A DNA stretch of 61,925 bases, the filler included, from Nemertoderma westbladi (Eukaryota > Animalia > Xenacoelomorpha), in NCBI GenBank assembly GCA_032718475.1. It is 3 parts of 3 records of this genome, joined end to end, with 100 filler letters (N's around TTAATTAATTAA, not from the genome) between each part and the next. Parts side by side here need not be neighbours in the genome. Positions count along the whole stretch, not along the records: positions 1 to 26,370 come from JAUCBJ010007773.1; 2 more parts are not named here. The stretch is one strand, 5' to 3'. A program made the position numbers and the translations under genes. The notes beneath the pieces were generated by a model that was not told where the DNA came from, made no database searches, and saw only the letters and a program-made list of their open reading frames with translations. Shown in pieces: positions 1 to 11,949 of the stretch (within the stretch, counting starts at the first letter, position 1; each line of letters begins with the position of its first letter).

Positions 1-16
1 AGCATTCTATACTACT

Positions 17-3000
17 GGGGATATGGAGGGAGAGAGAGTATAGTAGGTGGGAAGCGTGTGGGGTGGTGGTGGGAGGGGTTGTGTAGTGTATGCATATTGG
101 GGGCTATGGAGGGAGAGAGAGTATAGCAGGTGGGAAGCGTGGGGGTGGTGGTGGGAGGGGTTGTGTAGTGTATGCATATTGGGGGCTATGGGGGGAGAGA
201 GAGTATAGTAGGTGGGAAGCGTGGGGGTGGTGGTGGGAGGGGTTGTGTAGTGTATGCATATTGGGGGCTATGGAGGGAGAGAGAGTATAGTAGGTGGGAA
301 GCGCGGGGGTGGTGGTGGGAGGGGTTGTGTGTGTAGTGTATGTATATTGGGGGCTATGGAGGTAGAGAGAGTATAGTAGGTGGGAAGCGTGTGGGGTGGT
401 GGTGGGAGGGGTTGTGTAGTGTATGCATATTGGGGGATATGGAGGTAGAGAGAGTATAGTAGGTGGGAAGCGTGTGGGGTGGTGGTGGGAGGGGTTGTGT
501 AGTGTATGCATATTGGGGGATATGGAGGGAGAGAGAGTATAGTAGGTGGGAAGCGCGGGGGTGGTGGTGGGAGGGGTTGTGTAGTGTATGCATATTGGGG
601 GCTATGGAGGTAGAGAGAGTATAGTAGGTGGGAAGCGTGTGGGGTGGTGGTGGGAGGGGTTGTGTAGTGTATGCATATTGGGGGATATGGAGGGAGAGAG
701 AGTATAGTAGGTGGGAAGCGCGGGGGTGGTGGTGGGAGGGGTTGTGTAGTGTATGTATATTGGGGGCTATGGAGGTAGAGAGAGTATAGTAGGTGGGAAG
801 CGTGTGGGGTGGTGGTGGGAGGGGTTGTGTAGTGTATGCATATTGGGGGATATGGAGGGAGAGAGAGTATAGTAGGTGGGAAGCGCGGGGGTGGTGGTGG
901 GAGGGGTTGTGTAGTGTATGCATATTGGGGGCTATGGAGGTAGAGAGAGTATAGTAGGTGGGAAGCGTGTGGGGTGGTGGTGGGAGGGGTTGTGTAGTGT
1001 ATGCATATTGGGGGATATGGAGGGAGAGAGAGTATAGTAGGTGGGAAGCGCGGGGGTGGTGGTGGGAGGGGTTGTGTAGTGTATGCATATTGGGCTATGG
1101 AGGGAGATAGAGAGAATATAGTAGGTGGGAAGCGTGTGGGTGGTGGTGGGAGGGGTTGTGTAGTGTATGCATATTGGGGGCTATGGAGGGAGAGAGAGTA
1201 TTGGAGGTGGGAAGCGTGGGGGTGGTGGTGGGAGGGGTTGTGTAGTGTATGCATATTGGGGGCTATGGAGGGAGAGAGAGTATTGGAGGTGGGAAGCGTG
1301 GGGGTGGTGGTGGGAGGGGTTGTGTAGTGTATGCATATTGGGGGCTATGGAGGGAGAGAGAGAGTATAGTAGGTGGGAAGCGTGGGGGTGGTGGTGGGAG
1401 GGGTTGTGTAGTGTATGCATATTGGGGGCTATGGAGGGAGAGAGAGTATTGGAGGTGGGAAGCGTGGGGGTGGTGGTGGGAGGGGTTGTGTAGTGTATGC
1501 ATATTGGGGGCTATGGAGGGAGAGAGAGTATAGTAGGTGGGAAGCGTGGGGGTGGTGGTGGGAGGGGTTGTGTAGTGTATGCATATTGGGGGCTATGGAG
1601 GGAGAGAGAGTATAGTAGGTGGGAAGCGTGGGGGTGGTGGTGGGAGGGGTTGTGTAGTGTATGCATATTGGGGGCTATGGAGGGAGAGAGAGTATAGTAG
1701 GTGGGAAGCGTGGGGGTGGTGGTGGGAGGGGTTGTGTAGTGTATGCATATTGGGGGCTATGGAGGGAGAGAGAGTATTGTAGTAGGTGGGAAGCGTGGGG
1801 GTGGTGGTGGGAGGGGTTGTGTAGTGTATGCATATTGGGGGCTATGGAGGGAGAGAGAGAGTATAGTAGGTGGGAAGCGTGGGGGTGGTGGTGGGAGGGG
1901 TTGTGTAGTGTATGCATATTGGGGGCTATGGAGGGAGAGAGAGTATAGTAGGTGGGAAGCGTGGGGGTGGTGGTGGGAGGGGTTGTGTAGTGTATGCATA
2001 TTGGGGGCTATGGAGGGAGAGAGAGAGTATAGTAGGTGGGAAGCGTGGGGGTGGTGGTGGGAGGGGTTGTGTAGTGTATGCATATTGGGGGATATGGAGG
2101 GAGAGAGAGTATAGTAGGTGGGAAGCGTGGGGGTGGTGGTGGGAGGGGTTGTGTAGTGTATGCATATTGGGGGATATGGAGGAAGAGAGAGTATAGTAGG
2201 TGGGAAGCGTGGGGGTGGTGGTGGGAGGGGTTGTGTAGTGTATGCATATTGGGGGATATGGAGGGAGAGAGAGTATAGTAGGTGGGAAGCGTGGGGGTGG
2301 TGGTGGGAGGGGTTGTGTAGTGTATGCATATTGGGGGCTATGGAGGGAGAGAGAGTATAGTAGGTGGGAAGCGTGGGGGTGGTGGTGGGAGGGGTTGTGT
2401 AGTGTATGCATATTGGGGGCTATGGAGGGAGAGAGAGTATTGGAGGTGGGAAGCGTGGGGGTGGTGGTGGGAGGGGTTGTGTAGTGTATGCATATTGGGG
2501 GCTATGGAGGGAGAGAGAGTATAGTAGGTGGGAAGCGCGGGGGTGGTGGTGGGAGGGGTTGTGTAGTGTATGCATATTGGGGGCTATGGAGGGAGAGAGA
2601 GTATAGTAGGTGGGAAGCGTGGGGGTGGTGGTGGGAGGGGTTGTGTAGTGTATGCATATTGGGGGCTATGGAGGGAGAGAGAGTATAGTAGGTGGGAAGC
2701 GTGGGGGTGGTGGTGGGAGGGGTTGTGTAGTGTATGCATATTGGGGGCTATGGAGGGAGAGAGAGTATAGTAGGTGGGAAGCGTGGGGGTGGTGGTGGGA
2801 GGGGTTGTGTAGTGTATGCATATTGGGGGCTATGGAGGGAGAGAGAGTATAGTAGGTGGGAAGCGTGGGGGAGGTGGTGGGAGGGGTTGTGTAGTGTATG
2901 CATATTGGGGGCTATGGGGGGAGATAGAGTATAGTAGGTGGGAAGCGTGGGGGTGGTGGTGGGAGGGGTTGTGTAGTGTATGCATATTGGGGGATATGGA

Positions 3001-5040
3001 GGGAGATAGAGTATAGTAGGTGGGAAGCGTGGGGGTGGTGGTGGGAGGGGTTGTGTAGTGTATGCATATTGGGGGCTATGGAGGGAGAGAGAGTATAGTA
3101 GGTGGGAAGCGTGGGGGTGGTGGTGGGAGGGGTTGTGTAGTGTATGCATATTGGGGGCTATGGAGGGAGAGAGAGTATAGTAGGTGGGAAGCGTGTGGGT
3201 GGTGGTGGGAGGGGTTGTGTAGTGTATGCATATTGGGGGCTATGGAGGGAGAGAGAGTATAGTAGGTGGGAAGCGTGTGGGTGGTGGTGGGAGGGGTTGT
3301 GTAGTGTATGCATATTGGGGGCTATGGAGGGAGAGAGAGTATAGTAGGTGGGAAGCGTGTGGGTGGTGGTGGGAGGGGTTGTGTAGTGTATGCATATTGG
3401 GGGCTATGGAGGGAGAGAGAGTATAGTAGGTGGGAAGCGTGTGGGTGGTGGTGGGAGGGGTTGTGTAGTGTATGCATATTGGGGGCTATGGAGGGAGAGA
3501 GAGTATAGTAGGTGGGAAGCGTGTGGGTGGTGGTGGGAGGGGTTGTGTAGTGTATGCATATTGGGGGCTATGGAGGGAGAGAGAGTATAGTAGGTGGGAA
3601 GCGTGTGGGTGGTGGTGGGAGGGGTTGTGTAGTGTATGCATATTGGGGGCTATGGAGGGAGAGAGAGTATAGTAGGTGGGAAGCGTGGGGGTGGTGGTGG
3701 GAGGGGTTGTGTAGTGTATGCATATTGGGGGCTATGGAGGGAGAGAGAGTATAGTAGGTGGGAAGCGTGTGGGTGGTGGTGGGAGGGGTTGTGTAGTGTA
3801 TGCATATTGGGGGCTATGGAGGGAGAGAGAGTATAGTAGGTGGGAAGCGTGTGGGTGGTGGTGGGAGGGGTTGTGTAGTGTATGCATATTGGGGGCTATG
3901 GAGGGAGAGAGAGTATAGTAGGTGGGAAGCGTGGGGGTGGTGGTGGGAGGGGTTGTGTAGTGTATGCATATTGGGGGCTATGGAGGGAGAGAGAGTATAG
4001 TAGGTGGGAAGCGTGGGGGTGGTGGTGGGAGGGGTTGTGTAGTGTATGCATATTGGGGGCTATGGAGGGAGAGAGAGTATAGTAGGTGGGAAGCGTGTGG
4101 GTGGTGGTGGGAGGGGTTGTGTAGTGTATGCATATTGGGGGCTATGGAGGGAGAGAGAGTATAGTAGGTGGGAAGCGTGTGGGTGGTGGTGGGAGGGGTT
4201 GTGTAGTGTATGCATATTGGGGGCTATGGAGGGAGAGAGAGTATAGTAGGTGGGAAGCGTGGGGGTGGTGGTGGGAGGGGTTGTGTAGTGTATGCATATT
4301 GGGGGCTATGGAGGGAGAGAGAGTATAGTAGGTGGGAAGCGTGTGGGTGGTGGTGGGAGGGGTTGTGTAGTGTATGCATATTGGGGGCTATGGAGGGAGA
4401 GAGAGTATAGTAGGTGGGAAGCGTGTGGGTGGTGGTGGGAGGGGTTGTGTAGTGTATGCATATTGGGGGCTATGGGGGGAGAGAGAGTATAGTAGGTGGG
4501 AAGCGTGTGGGTGGTGGTGGGAGGGGTTGTGTAGTGTATGCATATTGGGGGCTATGGAGGGAGAGAGAGTATAGTAGGTGGGAAGCGTGGTGGTGGTGGT
4601 GGGAGGGGTTGTGTAGTGTATGCATATTGGGGGCTATGGGGGGAGAGAGAGTATAGTTGGTGGGAAGCGTGGGGGTGGTGGTGGGAGGGGTTGTGTAGTG
4701 TATGCATATTGGGGGCTATGGGGGGAGAGAGAGTATAGTTGGTGGGAAGCGTGTGGGTGGTGGTGGGAGGGGTTGTGTAGTGTATGCATATTGGGGGCTA
4801 TGGAGGGAGAGAGAGTATAGTAGGTGGGAAGCGTGTGGGTGGTGGTGGGAGGGGTTGTGTAGTGTATGCATATTGGGGGCTATGGAGGGAGAGAGAGTAT
4901 AGTAGGTGGGAAGCGTGGGGGTGGTGGTGGGAGGGGTTGTGTAGTGTATGCATATTGGGGGCTATGGAGGGAGAGAGAGTATAGTAGGTGGGAAGCGTGT
5001 GGGTGGTGGTGGGAGGGGTTGTGTAGTGTATGCATATTGG
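17..5040. repeat. 82-bp G-rich tandem satellite (~61 copies)
   Basis: Unit GGGAGGGGTTGTGTAGTGTATGCATATTGGGGGCTATGGAGGGAGAGAGAGTATAGTAGGTGGGAAGCGTGGGGGTGGTGGT repeats with 82-85 bp period; the ORF track recurs every 82 nt. Confidence 0.98.
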
Positions 5041-5262
5041 TAATATGATAATAATAGTGATTGATATACATACTGATAATTCTGAGTAATGGTGTGCATC
5101 GATTTTATTAATAGTTATCATGTATGTCAAGGGATTACCGTCGATATAAACATTAAATTAAGTGAACTGGGCGTTGCAAATAGTTACTAGGATATTTATT
5201 ACTTAAAGAACAACATAACAGAAACGTGTAATTAGAAGTTTAACACTAACCAACACCCAAAG

Positions 5263-7184
5263 CGGGGGTTACATTAGCGGGGGTTGGGGGGTGCTTTTTT
5301 GCCGAGTCAGCTCTCGGGGCAAATACCACACCCTGGTTTGCCATTCCACAGGGTGGGTGTCGCAATGGAGTCAGATATGAGGCCCATCACCCTTATCTAC
5401 TCTGGCGCACATGACCCACCATTGGCTGTTGCAGCTCATCTGCTGGGTCATGCCCTGTACCCTTGCTGCCAGGTGCAGGTCGCAGTGAAGTGCTCTCAGA
5501 GTGGACATGAGAACACTCTACTCCTGACCAGCCATTGGTAGATCACCATCTGCCTGATCAGGCCATATACCCCTGCAGCCAAGTATATGGGTCCTTAATC
5601 CAGGACCAAGGGCGTCCTTATCCCAGAACGAAGGGGGTCCTAGTTACAGGACCAGATTTGCCCTAGTAAAAGGGGTCTATGCAGCTACAGGTGGCACCTC
5701 CTTTATGCTGCATGGAGGTGGCAAGTTTTCTTGATCAATGACCTAGAATACCTGACCTGACCTGAGATGAAAAGATGAGAAATGAAAAAAAAAAAAAATG
5801 AAAACAAATAAGTTGGTGCCAGTTCCCAAGAAGGGCAACCTAACACTCTATGGTTCTTTTCGGAGAATCTCATTGATCTCAATTGCTGCAAAGCTATACA
5901 ATAGGATTCTATTAAATCGCATCAGGGATCCCATTGAGAGACTGCTCCGTGGAAATCAGAATGGGTTCCGTAAAGGTCGTGGGACCATGGAGCCCATTTT
6001 GGCACTTAGAAGGATAATTGAAGAATTATCAAAAAAGAAAGACAGGCATCTGGCTGTTATCTTTGTTGACTTCTTCAAGGCCTTTGATTCAGTCTCTCGC
6101 TCACGTATGTTCAGCATACTTTCATTATATGGGATTCCTGATGAAATTATTGCAGCAATCAGATCAGTATACGATGGTTCGACAACATTTGTGTCTACTG
6201 TTGACGGTGACACAGAACCATTCGAAGTGTTATGGGGCGTCCTCCAAGGAGACACACTTGCACCATTCTTATTCATTATTGTGGTTGACTATGTTCTACG
6301 CATGTCCTTAGATCATCATAATGATGATGGGGTGATGATAACTCCACCTACTGGCTCCAGAAGTCGAGGAAATCCTGCCAAGTACCTAACTGATCTAGAC
6401 TTTGCTGATGACTTAGGAGTACTCTCAGAATCATTAGAGGGAGCCCAACGGCTCCTCAGCTCATTAGAACATGCTGCTTCTAGTGTTGGTCTTTTTATTA
6501 ACTCCAGAAAGACCAAAATTCTGACAGTTAACTTTGAAAGTCCTCAGCAAGTCTCTGATCGGATGAGCATAAGCTCAAAGGATGGTATGCTTGAGCATGT
6601 CGACGACTTCTGTTACCTGGGATCATGGATCCGGAAGTCAGGTGAGGACCTTCGAATACGTAAGGGAAAGGCATGGGCAGCCTTGAATAGGCTTTCCAGG
6701 ATTTGGAAGTCACCGAGAATTAATCGGAAACTTAAGGTCCGATTATTTAGAGCAGCAGTAGTTCCAGTACTCCTCTACAAATCTCTGGATGGCACATTCA
6801 CAAGAATGCTACGCCGGGTTCATTGTGTCAAGTACAATGCACACATCTCCAACCAGACACTATATAACATTGGAGGTGTCTCATTGGTTCCCCCAAGCTT
6901 GACACTAGAACAAAATCGCCTCCGCTTTGCAGGACATTGCTTTCGCCGTGAGGACCAGCCAGTGCATAATCTTGTACTTTGGCAGCCTCATGGAGTGAAT
7001 AAGCATGGTGGACAGCCCATGACTTTCTTGAGACGCATCTTAAAGGACACTGGTCTTAAAGATGCGGATGATCTAGCAAATGTCATGGGTGATAGGGAGT
7101 TGTGGCGGTGCAATTTTGTTGACAAGCCGGCACAGCATTCTTAAAAATGCAGCTGCAATGCAGCATGCCGATCCTAGTAGTAGT
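5263..7184 (+). mobile_element. Retroposed insertion: unknown 5' segment plus RTE-like LINE 3' half, (TAG)n tail, 11-bp TSD
   Basis: AACACCCAAAG at 5252-5262 and 7185-7195 flanks the block; tail TAGTAGTAGT at 7175-7184. Confidence 0.8.
5798..7144 (+). CDS. Non-LTR retrotransposon reverse transcriptase (RTE-like), lacking the endonuclease
   Basis: Motifs PVPKKG, QNGFRKGR, FVDFFKAFDSV, GVLQGDTLAPFLF, DFADD, YLGS; 12-aa deletion relative to the 60-kb copy. Confidence 0.93.
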   Translation: MKTNKLVPVPKKGNLTLYGSFRRISLISIAAKLYNRILLNRIRDPIERLLRGNQNGFRKGRGTMEPILALRRIIEELSKKKDRHLAVIFVDFFKAFDSVSRSRMFSILSLYGIPDEIIAAIRSVYDGSTTFVSTVDGDTEPFEVLWGVLQGDTLAPFLFIIVVDYVLRMSLDHHNDDGVMITPPTGSRSRGNPAKYLTDLDFADDLGVLSESLEGAQRLLSSLEHAASSVGLFINSRKTKILTVNFESPQQVSDRMSISSKDGMLEHVDDFCYLGSWIRKSGEDLRIRKGKAWAALNRLSRIWKSPRINRKLKVRLFRAAVVPVLLYKSLDGTFTRMLRRVHCVKYNAHISNQTLYNIGGVSLVPPSLTLEQNRLRFAGHCFRREDQPVHNLVLWQPHGVNKHGGQPMTFLRRILKDTGLKDADDLANVMGDRELWRCNFVDKPAQHS

Positions 7185-7656
7185 AACACCCAAAGGCCTC
7201 CTATAATTATATGCCAACATCTGTCTGTCTCTTTATATGAAAGGAAAACGGGAAGTTATTTTTCCATAATTATGAAGTTATTGTCCAAAGTGTGAAGTGT
7301 TGGTTATAGTTAAAACATTCGAATAAGGAAATGTTTTATTAAAATGCATCGATATATTGGATGTTACATTTAAAGAATGTGCAAAAAAAATGCAAAAAAA
7401 GTATTTTAAGAAAACACACATAGTGACTTGGTTATAGAAAAATTAATGCAAGCAAAGAAAAGAGTATAAAGTATAACAAATAAATAGTAGCAAATGGCCT
7501 TTCTTTAAAATCTTGTCAATCAGGAAGATTTAATAATTGTGATAAAATCTTTTTGGGAATTTTTCTAGTTTTAGAGTTTCTAATTTTTATAGTTTTTTTT
7601 CTAGTAAAACAAATTTAGATTGGTCAACCATTAATTAATACACGTTTTGACAATAA

Positions 7657-8148
7657 TTAGTTCACGTTTAGTTTACCATTAGTTCACGTTTAGTTTACCA
7701 TTAGTTCACGGTTAATTTACCATTAATTTACGTTTAGTTTACCATTAGTTCACGTTTAGTTTACCATTAGTTCACGTTTAGTTTACCATTAGTTCAGGCT
7801 TAGTTTACCATTAGTTCACGTATAATTTACCATTATTTCACGTATAGTTTACCATTAGTTCACATTTAGTTTACCATTAGTTCAGGCTTAATTTACCATT
7901 AGTTCACGTATAGTTTACCATTAGTTCACATTTAGTTTACCATTAATTTACATGTAGTTTATCATTAGTTCACGTTTAGTTTACCATTAGTTCACGTTTA
8001 ATTTACCATTAGTTCATGTATAGTTTACCATTAGTTCAGGCTTAGTTTACCATTACATCACGTTCAGTTTACCATTAGTTCAGGCTTAGTTTACCATTAG
8101 TTCACGTATAGTTTACCATTAGTTCAGGCTTAGTTTACCATTAGTTTA
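7657..8148. repeat. 22-bp minisatellite (~22 copies) at the start of the ATP7 intron
   Basis: TTAGTTCACGTTTAGTTTACCA and variants in tandem. Confidence 0.95.
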
Positions 8149-8181
8149 CATTTTGTCCTGTCGGGCAGTGTTGCGACTTAC

Positions 8182-10282
8182 CTACGAATGTTGCCAAGGT
8201 TATCAACACATCCATATTAGTAGTCCGATGGCGCAGGGCGCGCCAAGCGCGAACGAATATGTGGACCCCACCGAAGGCCATAACGGGAGTGGAGAGCATC
8301 CAGAGGAGGAGGTTGCTGAGAGAGAGACCCGGGAGGATGGAGATGTCGAGGGCTTCCACCGACATCATAACGATCATAACGACCATGGCGGGGAGTCCGA
8401 ACACGAGGTTGATGAGGAAGGAGGTCCGCCACTTGCGGATCTCGTCCTTAAACCTGTAGCGGTCGGACACATTGTCCCTGGCAACCGGAACGGCCGTGTA
8501 TCCGAGATCCCGGATGCTTCCCAGTATCTTCCGGGGTCCGGTAACGTCCGGGTCGTAGACGACGCGACCGCGACTCGTTGCCAGGGCGACGGTTACCGTG
8601 GTGACACCGGCCAGTTTACCGAGGGTCGACTCAATGTGATTGACGCAGGAGCTACACGTCATCCCGGATATAGTGACGTCAAGGGTTCCCTCCCCTGTGA
8701 CGTCACCATCGAGCTTGCTCGCCGTGTAACCCAGGGCGTTGATGGCGGTTGCTATGGCGACGGGGTCGGTGACCGCGGGGTCGTACCGGACCTCGGCTTT
8801 CTCGGCGAGCAGCGACACGAGGACCCCGTGGATTCCGGGTTTACCGCGTAGCGACCGCTCGATACCGCCCACGCACGACGCACACGTCATTCCCTTCACC
8901 AACAACTGGCATTTAATGACGTTACTGACTTTAATGACGGCGTCGTCGGGTCTGGTCTCGGCGACAAGATGAGGAAGTTCCGGGGGAGTGGCGGAGAAAC
9001 CCAAACCTCGGATTCTTTCGATAATAACGCCGAGAGAAACAACATCGCAGTCGAACTCCACAGTTGCGTTGGACTCGACCAAAGAGACTTCCACCGAATC
9101 AACACCCTCCATATCCCCCACCGCCGTCTCTATCTTGTTAACACATTTACCGCATTTTAATCCACCAACACCAATAACGACAGGAGAATCGTTGTACGGG
9201 GCCGCTCGGTTATCTACACCATTACTGAACGCTCGGTCAGTGACCCCTCTAGTGACCCCCCGGTCAGTGACCCCTCTAGTGACCCCCCGGTCAGTGACCC
9301 CTCTAGTGACCGCCTGGTAAGTGACCCCCCTACTGGCCCCTCTATCTCCCCCGGCCACCACGGTACACCCGAACCCCAGGGCCTCTACCGCCGACCGGAT
9401 TCCCTCCGAGGAAATCATTGAGGGATCGAAGCGAGCCGTAGCCGAGTCGCCCCGCAGGTCGACTCGGCAGACGGTGACCCCGGGTTTACCGGCCAAGGTT
9501 CCCTCGATGGTTCGAACGCACGAGACGCAAGTCATCCCGGTTACCGACAGCGAGACGTCCGACAATCGCGTCGGAGATTCCGCGAGTTCGAGGGGGTCGG
9601 GAGAATCGGGTTGGAATACCGACTCCAATACGGAACATTTAAACCCCAAATCGGTAAGAACGCCCAGTAAATATTCGGTAGTTACGTGTTTACTGTGGAC
9701 CACAACCGTCTGTTTGTCTCCCAACGATACCTCGACGCTGTCGACGCCAACTATCGATCCGACCTTAGTCTCGATCTTATTAACGCACTTCCCGCACCGC
9801 ATCCCGTCGACGGCGAACCGCGTCGCCGACAGATCCAACGAGGTGGGCACCGGTTCGTAGGGCGTCTGGACACTGTAACCCATCTGGTCCAACATCCCGG
9901 ACACACGTTGTCTCGATACAACGTCCGTAAAGTGTTTAATGAAGGCCATCTTACTGCGAGGCGCGACAATGCAATGAATCACCCCGAACAAATAATCAAC
10001 TGTTTGTTTTTCTAGACCGTTGGGTTCAATCTTGTAGATGAGAATATCGGCGGAAGTACTGTAAGTAGGTCGACCGGTTAGAGAGTTGTTGTCCTTTATT
10101 AATGTGGATATTAAATGTTCAGGAGACGGAAAGATTAGCGAGTTATATCTAATAATCGCCGAGGTTGAAGGTTCATCTACGGAGGTAGAATCTATACGAT
10201 CGCCTTGATTCCCTGCAGTCCTCAACGCGTGTAGCCAATCAGAACTCGAGTTTGGGGGAAAACAAATATGAATTACATCCAT
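8182..10282 (-). CDS. ATP7: Copper-transporting P1B-ATPase, first coding exon (HMA domains plus first TM helices)
   Basis: Five HMA motifs (GMRCGKC, GMTCVSC, GLKCGKC, GMTCASC, GMTCSSC), then WRTSFLINLVFGLP and NMDVLITLAT; donor AG|GTAAGT at 8182/8181. The actuator, P and N domains are not in the window. Confidence 0.93.
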
Positions 10283-10551
10283 TTGTTATTTTTCTGTCGT
10301 CGAGTAAATAGTAAGTGGCATTGATTCAAGGTTATACCAGATGTAAAATACATGTAGAGTTAGATAACACGCGCCGATTTAATAACAAGAATAACAAATC
10401 GTGTAACAAAAGAAAGCTGTTTTATTCACACCTAAAGGATTCCAAGAATTAATGTTGCTAATATAATACGAATTCAATTAATTTAAGATTCGATTATCCA
10501 ATTAAGTAAAATGAATATAGCTAATTAATTGATATGATATAGAAGACGTGG

Positions 10552-11425
10552 CTATATTATTCCCAGGGCGTGTCGGTATTGGCTTGCTAGGAAGTGGTGG
10601 AACATGAAGGATGAGGCGTCTGTTTGGGGTGAATATCGCCCGGGTTTGTAGCCGCTAGAAAGGCCGTCCATTAAGGTGTTACACAACCAGGTATCCTCCC
10701 GTTGCACAGCCGCACTTACGTCGCAGTTGCTATCGATTTCAGCCAGTAATTCTTGGCTTCCGCGATTCGCGTCGAAATAAGTTTTAGTAAGAAAATAATC
10801 AAATACGACGATCGTCTTATTGTAAGAAACTGGAATAAAATAACTCGTGTCCATCCACTGCTCGAATCTGTTTACCACACAATTGGGATAGATGACGTTG
10901 TAAGTGACGTCACCGGTGTATCTCCCTGTATCGGTGGACTTTGGGTAATATTCCAACGTGTACAACCGTTCAGAGAGAATCTTAAAGAGTTTGTCGTCTT
11001 TAAATTCTTTGGATAACGTTTTTTTATGGACGTAAGGGAAGTGTGCGAAGTCCACCGCGTTATCAACGACAGCCTTCCAGTTACAATCGATCGAGTGAGA
11101 CTCAGTTCGAACATGTACGAACTCAATGTCTAAACTATTCCCCGCGTCTGAACACCACCGTTTTACAGGTTCTAGCTGTTTAGTAAATGATTCAGCGCTC
11201 TCTGTTGTGTCTGTATCTAGGAGACCGCGCAACTTTATGAAGCAATAAGGACCCCATTGGGAGACTGGAATAGGTCTAAGTCCGTGGTCCCTGGCCCTAA
11301 AGTCCTCTATACCTCGGATTCGAGTTGCTTTCTTTAAACGCCCGTCCAGTTGGTAAGTCCAGCCGTGGTACGGACATTGTATGTCAGTAAGTAACCCGGT
11401 GCCCTCGGGAAGTAAACGGGATGCC
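10552..11425 (-). CDS. Rieske non-heme iron oxygenase (choline monooxygenase-like), last exon
   Basis: Acceptor TTACAG|G at 11426/11425; in frame with the 10552-11232 ORF; CPYHGWTY Rieske half-motif, NWKAVVDNAVDFAHFPYVH iron-site segment, QRED and GRYSP. Confidence 0.9.
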
Positions 11426-11833
11426 CTGTAACAATCAACATAAATTAATTATTTATTTTAAATATAATGTATTAAATAAATACATGTAATAATTATAATT
11501 TAAAAGAATTTTAATTAATAGTTTGAAGATATGTGTATGTAGTGTGGTGTAAATGTCTATGTTCGCGGTGGTTTGCCCCGAGAGAGCTGAATGTTCGCGG
11601 TGGGGGTGGAATTGTCAAGATGAGGGGGGGGCCACTGTGGTATTATTGGTACGGCCTGATAATAATAAAGTACCAATAAACACCGTTATTGGCGCCAGAA
11701 ACACCTTCGCATAGCTGCAATATATAGTGCGTACACCATGTGTGACCGACCGACAAACACATGGTACAAGCCATGAAGTATTTGAGGACGTTGTTTTCGC
11801 GTGAGGACCAGTCAGTGAGTGCGCACAGTTGCA

Positions 11834-11949
11834 CAATCTTGTACTTTGGCAACCCCCATGGAGAAATAAGCATGGTGGACAGCCCATGACTTTCTTGAGA
11901 CGCCCCTTAAAGGACACTGGCCTTGGAGATGCGGATAATCTCGCGAAAT
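11834..11949 (+). mobile_element. Short degenerate fragment of the RTE-like LINE family
   Basis: Matches about 6967-7082 (CTTGTACTTTGGCA...CATGGTGGACAGCCCATGACTTTCTTGAGACGC). Confidence 0.85.

Noticed and set aside
90-5130. Dozens of Gly/Trp-rich and Pro/His-rich ORFs
   Set aside because: They are translations of the 82-bp satellite; the period is not a multiple of three and frames rotate with each unit.
8153-10015. Plus-strand and alternate-frame ORFs over ATP7
   Set aside because: Shadow ORFs of a GC-rich coding exon with no recognisable motifs.
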